A stretch of 63,190 bases of DNA, filler included, from Octopus bimaculoides (taxonomy: Eukaryota): assembly GCF_001194135.2 (NCBI RefSeq). It is 6 parts of 5 records of this genome, joined end to end, with 100 filler letters (N's around TTAATTAATTAA, not from the genome) between each part and the next. Parts side by side here need not be neighbours in the genome. Positions count along the whole stretch, not along the records: positions 37,382 to 42,456 come from NC_068981.1; positions 42,557 to 48,725 come from NC_068985.1; positions 48,826 to 60,824 come from NC_068991.1; 3 more parts are not named here. The stretch is one strand, 5' to 3'. The translations under genes were made by a program, and so were the position numbers. The notes below the pieces were generated by a model. The model was not told the DNA's origin, did not search any database, and was given only the letters and a program-made list of their open reading frames with translations. Below, one piece after another: positions 40,036 to 53,378 of this stretch. Numbering within the stretch: position 1 is the first letter of the stretch; the number at the start of each line of letters is the position of its first letter.

Positions 40036-40454
40036 GTTGGAGATGCATGTATATATATATGCATATATACATACATATATGTACATACCTACATATATAT
40101 ATACATGCATATATGGGTACAGAACATCAAAAAGACGTTAAACACATTGAGAAACGAAAACATAAAAACGAGAACATAGAAAACGAACTTTTTTTCGAAC
40201 AACGAAAAAACAAAGAGAGAAACGAGACATGCAGCATAAAGAATATTCCCCTTCGTCAGTTGTCCCTGTTTCATCTACTCTGCGTTTCGAAGGTAAGGTA
40301 AGGACAATACGCGATTTCGTTGAAACGGGCCTTCCCGCAAAGCAAATTAAATAAAATTTGGGATTTTTTGCGGAGGGTGAAAGTGGTAACAAAACAGGAC
40401 TGTGAGAAGAAGACAGTAAAAACAAACTATATATGTATATATATATATAGTACA

Positions 40455-40630
40455 AATTTACAGCAAAACTAAAGACGATGACAGGTGATGTATTAGTTTA
40501 ATGCTCGGGAAGAATGGAAAAGTCTTTGACGTTTCGCACCTACGCTCTTCGAAAGAAAGGATGGAGTGGAAAAAAAATTGGAGAGAGAACGAAGAAATCA
40601 GAGAGAGAAAAAATGTGTAGGGATTAACAG
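40455..40630 (-). mobile_element. PLE-associated repeat family F1, degenerate HHR at 40524-40559
   Basis: Reverse complement CUUU-CUUUCGA-A-GAGC[GUAG]GUGC-GAAAC-GUC-AAAG; flanks match 11580-11735. Confidence 0.6.
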
Positions 40631-41145
40631 TTCAACATGATGTCCTTATCAACACGAATTTTGCAATAACTTCTCTCTCAATATTGAATCCCTCAATCAG
40701 CAAATGCTTTATTGTTTGTTCTTAAACTTGCTTTAGGATTGTATACTAATACTGTAACAGCTTAGGATTCAAAGGCTGACGACTTTTCAATATTTGCAAA
40801 AAGGCTTCACAGATGCACGAAGTGTACACGTGGATGTGTTCAAAGAACAACTTGAAAATGATTTTGTCTGATGTACCAGGTGAACACACATTAGCGTAAG
40901 AAATTCAAAAGGGGCAGCTCTGTCTAACTCAGTACGTCACCAGGATCGATTCCAGAGACAGGAGCGGAAGAGAGAACAATCGATTCCGGAGAATAGTCCG
41001 GGTACAAACAAACATTAGAGCTAATGGCGGTGCCCTAGAATGATCACAACCTCTGGCTGAAACCGATAATAGAACCATAGAATAATAGCAACCAGAAATT
41101 AACATTTATACATACAGAGATATAAGTGTACATGTGTGCGCGCGC

Positions 41146-41183
<38 letters not shown>

Positions 41184-41277
41184 GTGCGTGTATGCGAATG
41201 AGCGTCTCTTTTTTTCAAAGCAAAAATATAAACATGCGACAATGAGAAATAGATACGCACGTTGTGGTGATGCACAC

Positions 41278-41395
41278 CTTTAGTAGGGTAAACGCAGTTT
41301 CTGATGTTACGCTGTGCCATACTGGAAGGAACCTGGCATGGCTTCTGTTCCGTGTTGTTCCGTTGGTCACCGTGATCCGTCGTAGCGGCTGCCAT
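41278..41395 (-). CDS. Candidate first coding exon of an unidentified gene (MAAATTDHGDQRNNTEQKPCQVPSSMAQRNIRNCVYPTK)
   Basis: Strong Kozak context accATGG at 41395, unique CpG-rich sequence, possible donor AAG|GTGTGC after 41278. No homologue recognised. Confidence 0.3.
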
Positions 41396-41620
41396 GGTTA
41401 ACAGTAACTTGTTACTCCAGCCTCGTCAATGTGTAACAACAACTAACAACTATTGTAAATAATGTTTACGGAAAGCACTCAATTTACGGAAGTCGCTCTC
41501 GGAAGCCGACATCGAGGCCACAGATGTTTAACTTGGGCGGAAGGCGAAACATGTGTGCGCATTCAAGCCTGCGAAGTTAGAAAGATGAAGAGAGCCGGTC
41601 GGACATTTGAAAACGGCTCC
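41396..41620. promoter_or_regulatory. Candidate CpG-rich promoter with clustered ETS-like sites
   Basis: CGGAAA 41469, CGGAAGT 41487, CGGAAG 41500 and 41538, in non-repetitive-looking sequence next to the candidate ATG. Confidence 0.35.
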
Positions 41621-42556
41621 GTTTTATTGATTTCTAAGTGTGAATATGTGTGTATGAGTGTGTTTGTGTGTACGTATACGTATGTGTATAATGTGTGAGC
41701 ATGTATGTATCAGTGTATGAATATATATGAGTATGTATGTGCGTAGATGTGTGTGTGTGTGTGTGATTGTCCCTCTGATCCCATTATGCATATTCAATTT
41801 TCTATTCTCAATCGGCTCAGTTGTACAATGTAGGCATTAAAGGACGTCATTATTGTAATTGAGTTGCTCTATGAAGAAAAACAAAAAAAACAAAAAAACA
41901 AAACAAAACAAAAAACAAAAACAAAAACAAAACAAAAACAAACAAACCAACAAACAAAAACAAGATGAAACAAAATAAAGAAGACATTTTTAATGTTTTA
42001 CTATTCATTCGACACGGGACGAGATCAATTGTTTTGTTGTTATTGTATTAGGAATATAAAGGCAACCAAAAGAATTAGGTTGCATATACAATGACACCAA
42101 GACACGCTTAGGCACACATATACGCACACACAAGCACACATATATGTATATAAATATATACATATATAGCTATACACACGCGCATGTACATACGCACACA
42201 CACACGCACACACACATATGTATGTATATGCATAAGTTTATACATATATACGTGAAGCAAATTATTTAATAATGAAACTCGAAGTAGATAAAGTTATAGG
42301 TGATAACGCGTGAAATACTGGATTAAAACTCTGATGAATGAAAAAAAGCGGAAGGCTGTTCATATACACAAACGTACTCCAAATATATGTATATATATGC
42401 GTGTGAATATATATGTGTGCGTGCGTGTATATATGTGTATATATATATATATATATNNNNNNNNNNNNNNNNNNNNNNNNNNNNNNNNNNNNNNNNNNNN
42501 TTAATTAATTAANNNNNNNNNNNNNNNNNNNNNNNNNNNNNNNNNNNNNNNNNNNN

Positions 42557-42589
<33 letters not shown>

Positions 42590-43293
42590 GCATATATAAA
42601 TATATATATATACACGTGTGTGTGTGTGTGTGTGTATGTATGAATACCAACACATACACTCATACATACACGCAAATTTATACAAGATAACAGAAACACA
42701 TACATATGGTCATGCATAGACATTCTTTCTGTCACAACCACGTGCGCAGATTTCCGCTGAAACATATGTGCATATATGTGTGTGTTAGAGGGAATGTATA
42801 TGCGTACGTATCTATGTATGCATGTATGCACATACTATGTATGTGTATATGTTTGTATGAATACTAGTACCGTCTGGATATAAGTGTTTTCATTTGTCTT
42901 ATGCGCTTGTTCGCTTAAGTATAAGAATTTTCGGTTCGAAATTTAATGTCATTGACATATTTTTTAAAAAATGTTTGTATTGTATAGAGAGTGAGAGAGA
43001 GAAAGTGTTAAAGAGAGAAATAGCGAAAGAGAGAAGGAGAGAGATGGAAAGAGGAGGAGCGGGAGAGAGGGGGAGAGAGGGAGACGATGGGAATTTGGTG
43101 ACGTGGAAGAAGGTGAAGAAGTAGAATCTGGAGAAATACAGAGGAAATTGAATGAGATGCCAAAATGAAGATTAAATAAAAAAAAAATACAAAGAATATA
43201 ATTTTAGAAATGAATTATGAAATTAGCTACAAAATTATGAATATCCATTTTACAGAGAAAACAACGTAAACCAGAACTGAAATGAAATATTTG

Positions 43294-43504
43294 TTTCAAA
43301 TGTTACCACAAGGGGTGCAATTTTGGAGGATGAAGGAAGTCGATTACACCGGTCCTGTTTTCAAAAGGCAATTATTTTATCGACAACGAAAGGATGAAAT
43401 GCATTATCAACCTCGACAGAATTTGATCTCAGAACATGAAGACCAACGACACGCCATTAAGTATTTAGCCTGACACGGTAACGACTGTGCCGGGTCACCG
43501 CCTG
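43294..43504 (-). mobile_element. SINE family C, diverged
   Basis: gtcgattacacc...ttttatcgacaacgaaaggatgaaatgc...gaatttgatctcagaac. Confidence 0.7.
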
Positions 43505-43520
43505 CAGTAGAAATGAAATA

Positions 43521-43784
43521 TTATTACCTCTGCCTTACTGAAGGCAGATATATTGCTTTCAGTCGTGTTTATTCGTTTGTTTATTTGATTGTCCGTGGAT
43601 AAGATATCTCAAGAACCGCAGGATGGGTTCGGATGAAATTTTCAAGGATGTTTGTCCTCGTGACTAGAATGAACTGCTTAGATTTTGGGATCAATCCGGT
43701 ACCGGACAAGGATACTGGATTATTTTCCCGATTTTTTTTTAATTTAATTTTTGAGACCGTTTTTATCGCCAGTTCTCCTGAGGG
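43521..43784 (+). mobile_element. Non-autonomous Helentron/HINE-like element fragment
   Basis: ttattacctctgcc start with hairpin ctgcctt-actg-aaggcag, (GTTT) microsatellite, then gaaattttc...ttagattttgggatcaatccgg. Recognised layout only. Confidence 0.45.
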
Positions 43785-44400
43785 GTCCGTATAAAACGAC
43801 GTTCTGCGATTCGCAACCGATCTCAACAACGGTGTTACAATGGCGCCGTTTGAGCGGCATTTTCATCTTGTGAAAGTGATGGAAGTCCGCCGGTGCAAAA
43901 TCTGGCGAAAGCGATTCTGTGTTGTATTTGGTGAAAAACTCCCGAATGAGAACACCTCGGTAACAGATTGCATTGTTGGTGCTCCGCAAGTTCATGGTAT
44001 GGCCCTGGGGGACAGATTCTGGATTCACAATACCACATTTCCGGGGTTGGCGTACATTGCAGGTCTTCCAGATCATTCATTGTCTTCCAGAGAACGTCTT
44101 ACTTGCCACTCGAAACAGTGTGTACAACCCATTGCTTCGCCAACGTAAGCTTGCCGAAGCAAGATCAATGTCTCTTGGTTTCCCAAGTATAAAACAGAAT
44201 TTCACGTATGTTCTTTGTTCCTGAACATGATAAGAAAAAACACAAATTTCACAACTTGCAAAGTAAACCCAGCAATGTCATTGTGCTCAGTGCTTCCTTA
44301 ATATCCCTGATAGCTCTGACTGCGCACGCAAACGTGTGCTGCCATATGTTGGCGCGCTACATTACTAGTCCAGAATCAGTTTGATGTTCCCACCATATGC
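43785..44400 (-). mobile_element. Internally deleted mariner transposon relic
   Basis: EQRTYVKFCFILG...RQAYVGEAMGCTHCFEW...SLEDNE*SGRP (HTH), GIVNPESVPQGHTMN and SPDFAPADFHHFHKMKMPLK (YSPDLAP-type); TIR-like gaggggtccgtataaaa at 43786. Confidence 0.8.
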
Positions 44401-45004
44401 ATATACTTTAATTTATATGTATGCTTTTAGGTACACGTGCGTATACAGAAAGGCACACGCTCATACACAGGTATAATCACTTAACTAACTTTATTTACAG
44501 ATGCATGTAGACACATCTATTTATACATACTTACTTACATAGCAGAATGAGAATTGATATTTCTTTATCTCTTTTACAGTATCAACATCGAAGGCTGCGT
44601 TTAAAAACGAACTACAACAATTAAAATCTTGTCCTAGAATCAGAGATAAATTCAATACAGTACAAAATTTAAATAAATGCAAGAATATTCACGAACTTCG
44701 TTGTTTACGCATGCGCTCCAATTCTATGTACCTGCCGGATTTCTTTTCAGCAACTTCTTTCATTTCGTCACAACGTTATTGGTATATGGTTTCCTTTGTA
44801 TAATAAATCGAAAGTAATGTANNNNNNNNNNNNNNNNNNNNNNNNNNNNNNNNNNNNNNNNNNNNNNNNNNNNNNNNNNNNNNNNNNNNNNNNNNNNNNN
44901 NNNNNNNNNNNNNNNNNNNNNNNNNNNNNNNNNNNNNNNNNNNNNNNNNNNNNNNNNNNNNNNNNNNNNNNNNNNNNNNNNNNNNNNNNNNNNNNNNNNN
45001 NNNN

Positions 45005-45036
<32 letters not shown>

Positions 45037-46717
45037 TAGGTTGTTTCACATGAAATGTCGTATTTGATAGGTAACAATAAAATATTTCAGAAGTCATGGA
45101 GAACTCATTTATTTCATCAAACTATGATCCATGTTCATTCATGAAGTTTTATCCAACGTTTCTCTATATATTCCATCTTTAAAAAGAAATTCGTATTTTG
45201 TTGTGATTAGACTGTGGCCATGCAGAGGCGGCGCCTGAAAAGCTCTTTTGTCGAATGAATCGATACCAGAATTTATTCTTAAGCCTCGTAATTATTCTCT
45301 CGCTCCTTGCAAGTATGTTAATTATAGGCACACAACAAGCAGCGCTGATTAATATCTAGTTGTGTGTAATTTTAAAAATTTCTTTCACACTCAGTCCTAG
45401 AAAGAACTCAATTGTGAAATCTTTCTAGGAGAGAAACAATGTTTCAGAAATCGTGCAGTGGTGTTTTCACACCACTGCACTCTGAATGAGTTTTGTACAC
45501 ATCTTTATTATAATCGTCGCTGCAATTAATTAATTCTAGAATGACAAAGCATTGCGCACATCTTCACACGTTCCATTTGCTGTCTGAATATAAGAAGAGC
45601 AGTTCTCAGTGGGTTTCGAACGATGGTTTCGTTCTCCGTGCGTGATAAAGAGTAACGACGCGGTAAAAGAAGTCGTTTTACGGTCCGATGACTATTATTT
45701 ATAGCCCAATGTTTTCTTTTTGATGCCGCGGTTCAGAAGGAAAATTTCTCTCCAGAGTAAACTTTCGCCACATAAATATGAATATATGCATGCGTGTGTG
45801 AGTATGTATATGTAAATGCAAACATACGTGTTTGTGTGAAATCTAAGCAACTGACTAATGACGAGGTCATGATTTCCCGATACCCGACAATATACCTTAC
45901 ATGGCTATTGAAAATTGTGTCCCATGCGGCACAATACTACCGCCAGGAACATGTTTATTACATTTCAATATGTGACCACTTTAATCACAAAACTTATATT
46001 ATGCCTATTAATTACAATCTCTGTTCTTTCATATTTCAAATTCTTTACATAAGCATGATAAATGTACAAAGCAATGTATACGGTTCTTTGCATCTGCAAT
46101 TATGTACAAACCATAAATCATAGTCAAAGCAGATATGTTAGTACGGTGCATCAAGCAAATAAGCAACGTGGCTGCTAATTAGTTCCGCCTCTTTAAGTTA
46201 TGAATTTTCAATGGATCTCAGTTTTCATTTCACTTTCAGATTTGTGTGGGGTAAAAAATAATAGGAGGGTGTACGAAATTTAGTGAGATCTAATGTATTC
46301 CAACGGTAGCAGAAATTATACATGTTGGAGAGTTCTGCACATTCATGTTTTCCCGGTGTTCAGCCCGTAGTGGGAGCACTAACGGATACGGAAGTGGGTA
46401 GCATACTTCTCTTCAAACTAAAAAAAAAAGCATGCAGAGATACATATATGCATGCATATATATTTTATANNNNNNNNNNNNNNNNNNNNNNNNNNNNNNN
46501 NNNNNNNNNNNNNNNNNNNNNNNNNNNNNNNNNNNNNNNNNNNNNNNNNNNNNNNNNNNNNNNNNNNNNNNNNNNNNNNNNNNNNNNNNNNNNNNNNNNN
46601 NNNNNNNNNNNNNNNNNNNNNNNNNNNNNNNNNNNNNNNNNNNNNNNNNNNNNNNNNNNNNNNNNNNNNNNNNNNNNNNNNNNNNNNNNNNNNNNNNNNN
46701 NNNNNNNNNNNNNNNNN

Positions 46718-46749
<32 letters not shown>

Positions 46750-46819
46750 CTCCATTCACTGTGTGAACCTTATGAATATGATCAATATATACATAGAATG
46801 AGCATCCGGTCGAAAGTTT

Positions 46820-47290
46820 GATGGGGACGGAGAAATGAAAGATTCAATCCATAAAATAATAGACCGGATATACAAAAGAGAGACAAGGAAAAGCGAATTT
46901 GCTTAGGAATTGGTGCATTGTGTTCATTTGATTAGAGAAATACAAAGAAAGAGGACGAGAAACACAAAGAATACAATTCCTTTAAATATGAATTTGCAAG
47001 AATTTGAGTATGAAAAGTGTAAAGTTGTACCAATTATAATTGGTGCTTTGGGAACTGTCATCAGAGATATAGTCAAACGGTTGAAGGAGATAGGATGAGA
47101 TTGTCCTGAGCAGCTTCTACGAAAGGTTTGCCTCTTGGGTACAGGCAAGATTATCAAGAGTATCGTATGCACTTGAAACACTCTTGAAAGTTAATGGGTA
47201 GCTTAGGCTACAGGCCGTAACGTGTAATCTGCCTAAGTCCCATCAGGAATATGACCTAACCTGAGACGAATCGATAATAGTAATAAGGAG
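46820..47290 (+). mobile_element. R4/Dong-type LINE 3' end (RLE domain + 3' UTR), degenerate, followed by (GAT)n
   Basis: NRPDIQKRDKEKRICL...KKEDEKHKEYNSFKYEFARI, then after a frameshift KVVPIIIGALGTV...LLRKVCLLGTGKIIKSIV. Confidence 0.75.
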
Positions 47291-47309
47291 AAGATGGTAA
47301 TGATGATGG

Positions 47310-47385
<76 letters not shown>

Positions 47386-48691
47386 NNNNNNNNNNNNNNN
47401 NNNNNNNNNNNNNNNNNNNNNNNNNNNNNNNNNNNNNNNNNNNNNNNNNNNNNNNNNNNNNNNNNNNNNNNNNNNNNNNNNNNNNNNNNNNNNNNNNNNN
47501 NNNNNNNNNNNNNNNNNNNNNNNNNNNNNNNNNNNNNNNNNNNNNNNNNNNNNNNNNNNNNNNNNNNNNNNNNNNNNNNNNNNNNNNNNNNNNNNNNNNN
47601 NNNNNNNNNNNNNNNNNNNNNNNNNNNNNNNNNNNNNNNNNNNNNNNNNNNNNNNNNNNNNNNNNNNNNNNNNNNNNNNNNNNNNNNNNNNNNNNNNNNN
47701 NNNNNNNNNNNNNNNNNNNNNNNNNNNNNNNNNNNNNNNNNNNNNNNNNNNNNNNNNNNNNNNNNNNNNNNNNNNNNNNNNNNNNNNNNNNNNNNNACTG
47801 CATGTCTCAAAAATATTTTTTCATATTTTATCTTTTGTTTCCTCATGTACTTTGTTCTCGAATTTACCAAATATTTTTGAGACCATTAGTATGATATTCT
47901 GTTTGCGTTAGCCATATTGTCTGTTACTTTTCTTTGCTTCCATCGCTAAATGAGAAAAGTGTTGAAATACGCTTTCTTCAATTATGATCACATACATTTC
48001 TAGGGATTCAGCATGTTTAGGAAGTAATTTTACACAGCAGGACCTCTGTTACCTAATACAATTTCTACTTACTTTTTTCAAAGACATTCTTCAAGACAGT
48101 ACATCTTTATCGATCGAGTTAACCTTGGCAAAAGCCGTTTCGTGACGAGCAGTTTTTGACCACCGGAAACAACATGAAGAAAAAATGGTGGATTGAAAAT
48201 CACGCAGTAATTATTTCTATTGAACTCGTCTTTGCGTGAGGGCATTTAGTTCCTTCACCTGCAGCATCACTGATTCACTCGTTGTGTTCCAGTTAGAATT
48301 TTCAGAGAATCGTAAATTCCTTTGAAAGAATAAAACGAATGAGATTGAACAGATTAAAAGAAAACATTTAGAAAGAAAATAAAGATGATTTTCCCTAGGA
48401 TATCATAATGTGTGTACATTTTCATATTTATTGCTTTACAATAGAATTATATTCAGAGATATGCCAGTAGGTAATATTTATATTTTTGGATATCAATCCA
48501 TTGTTAATTACGACATTTTGAATTCAATTCAGCCTTAATTAGAAGGTTGCTTATGCGTAAAGTTTATATCAAATGCATTATATAAATCAAATACACGCAA
48601 ACTTGCAAACCATACATATACACTCACACACACGTATATATATATATGTGTGCGTATCTATCTATATATATATATATATATATACACAATA

Positions 48692-48725
<34 letters not shown>

Positions 48726-49294
48726 NNNNNNNNNNNNNNNNNNNNNNNNNNNNNNNNNNNNNNNNNNNNTTAATTAATTAANNNNNNNNNNNNNNNNNNN
48801 NNNNNNNNNNNNNNNNNNNNNNNNNCATTTCCCTTCGCCTTTTCTCCCACCAACGTTTCCTTTCTTTCAAATATGTCATGATTTAAGTAGCATGAGACGA
48901 AGAAGACGAAGAAGAAGAACATGAAGACAAAAAAATGGGTAAAAAAAAATTCAATGGATGAGTAAAATGGTAATATGGGAAGGAAGAAAAAAAAATAATA
49001 ATAATAAATGGAAAAGGACAGAATACTGGAAAAAATTGTATATGAAAGAAGTTCAGTGTGTCTCTGTGTGTGAGAGAGAGAAAGAGTGACACACACATAA
49101 AGAGAGAGAGAGAGAGAGAGAGAGAAAGAGGAAGAGTGAGAAAGAGAGAAAGGAAGGGGACAATTGATGTGTGTCTGTGTTGTGGGGTAGGGGTGGTGTG
49201 ACTGTGTAGGAGCAGTGGTTTATAGAATGAAAAGCAAGAGAGAAAGAGAGGGAGGGAGAGAGAGTGAGAGAAAGACGTGAGCTGGATTAAATAT

Positions 49295-49364
49295 ACAGGC
49301 TGACCCCGTTGCTACCAGCGACAAGAGCGGTGTCCGTCATTTCTCAGACACGACGGCTCAGCAT

Positions 49365-49434
<70 letters not shown>

Positions 49435-49445
49435 TAATAATAATA
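49295..49445 (+). mobile_element. Probable LINE 3' UTR remnant with (AAT)n tail
   Basis: gttgctaccagcgacaagagc...catttctcagacacgacggctcagcatgt followed directly by about 25 AAT units. Confidence 0.4.
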
Positions 49446-49808
49446 TGATATAAAAATTTAAATAAAAGAAATGCAGGAAGAGTAAAAAAACCAGAAATGA
49501 AATAAGAGAAAGACAGCTAGAATACATGNNNNNNNNNNNNNNNNNNNNNNNNNNNNNNNNNNNNNNNNNNNNNNNNNNNNNNNNNNNNNNNNNNNNNNNN
49601 NNNNNNNNNNNNNNNNNNNNNNNNNNNNNNNNNNNNNNNNNNNNNNNNNNNNNNNNNNNNNNATATACATATATATATATATACATATATACATATATAC
49701 ATATATAGATAGATAGATCGATTGATAGCAAAACAGCTAAATAGATACGTATAAGCATACACAAACACACTCACACACTCACACACACGTATATATATAT
49801 ATGCATAT

Positions 49809-49856
<48 letters not shown>

Positions 49857-50395
49857 AGAGTTAGAGGGACAGACAGTGACTTATAAAGAAAACAAAGAAA
49901 TCTATGGAAAAATAGATAAATAGAGAGATAGCTTGCTAACATGCGATATAGACGACAATTTAGATAGTTAAACAGATAAAGACTGTACACACGTACAGAT
50001 GCTCTCCCACAGACCCACATATAACGAAAGAGAGAGAGAGAGAGTGAGATAGACGGAGAGAGATAGATACTGAAGGAGGGTGATATACTGGGAAAGAAAT
50101 ATGGAGAGTAGATAGATAGATATATAATGGCATTAAAGGAAAGGGGTGGAGCTGGAGTGAGATGGGTCAACGAAAAATGGATTTAGAAAAATGTGATGAA
50201 AAAAATGTAAATCACATATAAATATGTACAAAAAATCAAACAAAAAAATATGAACATCAGAGAAAAAGGATTACGCGTAAAGTGAGGGAGACAGTTATGT
50301 GCGATGTGTGCACGTCTCTGTGTGTCCACGTATATATACACAGATACACACACATATATATATATATACGTATATAAATATGTATATACATACTC

Positions 50396-50440
<45 letters not shown>

Positions 50441-51055
50441 NNNNNNNNNNNNNNNNNNNNNNNNNNNNNNNNNNNNNNNNNNNNNNNNNNNNNNNNNNNN
50501 NNNNNNNNNNNNNNNNNNNNNNNNNNNNNNNNNNNNNNNNNNNNNNNNNNNNNNNNNNNNNNNNNNNNNNNNNNNNNNNNNNNNNNNNGGGGGGGGGGTG
50601 AGAAATGCCTAGCAGAGAATAATAAAAATAATAAAAAAAAAACGAAGTTTAGAAATTATTCTTGGAATGTTCCAAGGTTGTGGTCATATTTTCTTGCGGC
50701 TCTCCCAATTTGCTTACTCAAAAATCACCATTGTAATGGTGGGGGTAAGACAACCTTGCACAGAAGGTACACTTGCTGGTGGTATTGTCGTTGAAATTCC
50801 CTATTTTGACGAATGGTCAAATGCGTTCCATATGTATGTAACTAGTTCGCTTTTGTTAAATTTTTTAATTTCAGACCCATAATTTACTACGAGCTCGTTT
50901 ATTCATTTGTTTTTCTTGTCCTTTCAAGATGTGAATTAAAGTTTTGGCTGCTATATGTTCCAGGTTGAATGACTGTATAGAAGTTCGATTGAATTTAGCT
51001 CTTTAGATTATAGAGCTAAATGTTGCTAATACTGACTTCATATTGATCCATGTGT

Positions 51056-51440
51056 GGAGATGCAATGGCCCAGTGGCTACGGCAACGGACTCGCGGTCGT
51101 AGGATCGCGGTTTCGATTCCCAGACCGGGCATTGTGAGTGTTTATTGAGCGAAAACACCTGAAGTTCCACGAGATTCCGGCAGTGGGTAGTGGCGAACCC
51201 TGCTGTACTCTTTCACCACAACTTTCTCTTACTCTTTCTTCCGATTTCTGTTGTACCTGTATTTCAAAGGGCCAGCCTTGTCACAATCTGTGTTACGCTA
51301 AATCTCCCCGAGAACTACGTTAAGGGTACACGTGTCTGTGGAGTGCTCAGCCACTTGAATATTAATTTCACGAGCAGGCTGTTCCGTTGATCGGATCAAC
51401 TGGAACCCTCGTCGTCGTAAGCGACGGAGTGCCTACCAAC
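51056..51440 (+). mobile_element. tRNA-derived SINE, family B, full length and well preserved
   Basis: A-box TGGCCCAGTGG, B-box GTTTCGATTCC, tail ...ccccgagaactacgttaaggg...gatcggatcaactggaaccctcgtcgtcgtaagcgacggagtgcc. Confidence 0.85.
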
Positions 51441-52333
51441 CAACCATTGATCCATGTAGGTTTTGATAAATTATGTATCACTAATAATATGTTAATCATT
51501 CTGGTAAGTACGTCATTCCAAGATGAAAAATATCATGTTGTTTGTCAACGAAAAAAAACAACATTATTTTTGAGCGTCTTAAGTATAAAGGAGAGATAAT
51601 TCGATAGAGCTATGCGTGAATTATTAGATTTGAGATTGGTCATGTTTATTATTGAATAGAATATTTATGAAAAACACTATATTTTGATTTTAATCCGAAT
51701 TCATTACAAATATATATATCTTTTGCTGCGATGGCGTATAACCAAGTGTTACGATTTTATGATAAACGGCCAGAGTACCAATTATATGTCCTTCAACTAG
51801 GCACTTCCTTTCATGTCACTTTCAGTTTACTAACATGAAATTACTACCAATGAAAACTGGAGGATAATCTTGCTTGCACCCTCGTCTTCTACACTGGTGG
51901 ACTCTTCTATTCTCACCCACTTCTATGCCCTGGAAACCAACATGTGTTCTGACCTAATGCTTTTCAAAGCTCGCGAAAGAGAAACCTAATATTTACAAAT
52001 GATTACCATCAAAATCGAATAATTGTTTGATATTTCGTTTCACGTTCGATATTGGAGCATTTTCACGATTTTGGCGGCTTAGAACTAAGAGAAAGATTTT
52101 GTCATTGGTTTATCAGAGTAATCCGGGGTTTTTGTTTACGTAACTCTGAATTCCTCTGTGTAGGTAAATTTCCGATTTAAAGATCTTTTGTGAGTCTTTA
52201 TTGTTAAGTAGATGACATTCCTTTTACTCGATCGAAATCTGCCCACTAAATTTTGTTTCTGCGTTTGCCTTATCAACAACACTATGAACCTTTGTAGGCA
52301 ATGGAATGAAATATCATGTTAATGGTCGTCATT

Positions 52334-52411
<78 letters not shown>

Positions 52412-52418
52412 TAATAAT

Positions 52419-53281
52419 AGAATATGTGGAGATCGACAAGAAACAATAAATCATATTATCTCTGGCTGCCCAGTCCTGGCTAAGAAGGAATATATTCACA
52501 GACACGACAGAGCTGGGACCTATATACACTGGAAGCTATGCCAACATTATGGAATAGCAACAGAAAAAAGATGGTATANNNNNNNNNNNNNNNNNNNNNN
52601 NNNNNNNNNNNNNNNNNNNNNNNNNNNNNNNNNNNNNNNNNNNNNNNNNNNNNNNNNNNNNNNNNNNNNNNNNNNNNNNNNNNNNNNNNNNNNNNNNNNN
52701 NNNNNNNNNNNNNNNNNNNNNNNNNNNNNNNNNNNNNNNNNNNNNNNNNNNNNNNNNNNNNNNNNNNNNNNNNNNNNNNNNNNNNNNNNNNNNNNNNNNN
52801 NNNNNNNNNNNNNNNNNNNNNNNNNNNNNNNNNNNNNNNNNNNNNNNNNNNNNNNNNNNNNNNNNNNNNNNNNNNNNNNNNNNNNNNNNNNNNNNNNNNN
52901 NNNNNNNNNNNNNNNNNNNNNNNNNNNNNNNNNNNNNNNNNNNNNNNNNNNNNNNNNNNNNNNNNNNNNNNNNNNNNNNNNNNNNNNNNNNNNNNNNNNN
53001 NNNNNNNNNNNNNNNNNNNNNNNNNNNNNNNNNNNNNNNNNNNNNNNNNNNNNNNNNNNNNNNNNNAAATATTCAGACAAATACATAACAAAAACACCAG
53101 GACTTACAAATATATATAACATACAGAAAATTGCACTACTGGGTACTGCACACATTCTACGCAAAACACTTTCAATACAGTAAACATAAGAGCACCACAG
53201 CAAACCACAGCACATACCCAAGGCGCACAGAGCTGCGCTCGGTAGTGAAGTGAAAGCACGTTATAAAAATAAAACTACTGA

Positions 53282-53313
<32 letters not shown>
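52419..53313 (+). mobile_element. 5'-truncated R4/Dong-type LINE flanked by (AAT)n on both sides (middle is an N gap)
   Basis: RICGDRQETINHIISGCPVLAKKEYIHRHDRAGTYIHWKLCQHYG (CCHC knuckle) before the gap; KYSDKYITKTPG...IQKIALLGTAHILRKTLSIQ* (stop 53181-53183), 3' UTR and (AAT)n after it. Confidence 0.85.
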
Positions 53314-53374
<61 letters not shown>

Positions 53375-53378
53375 AATA

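Noticed and set aside
51056-51125. tRNA gene
   Set aside because: A and B boxes are present but there is no acceptor stem, and it continues into a repeat body; it is a SINE head.
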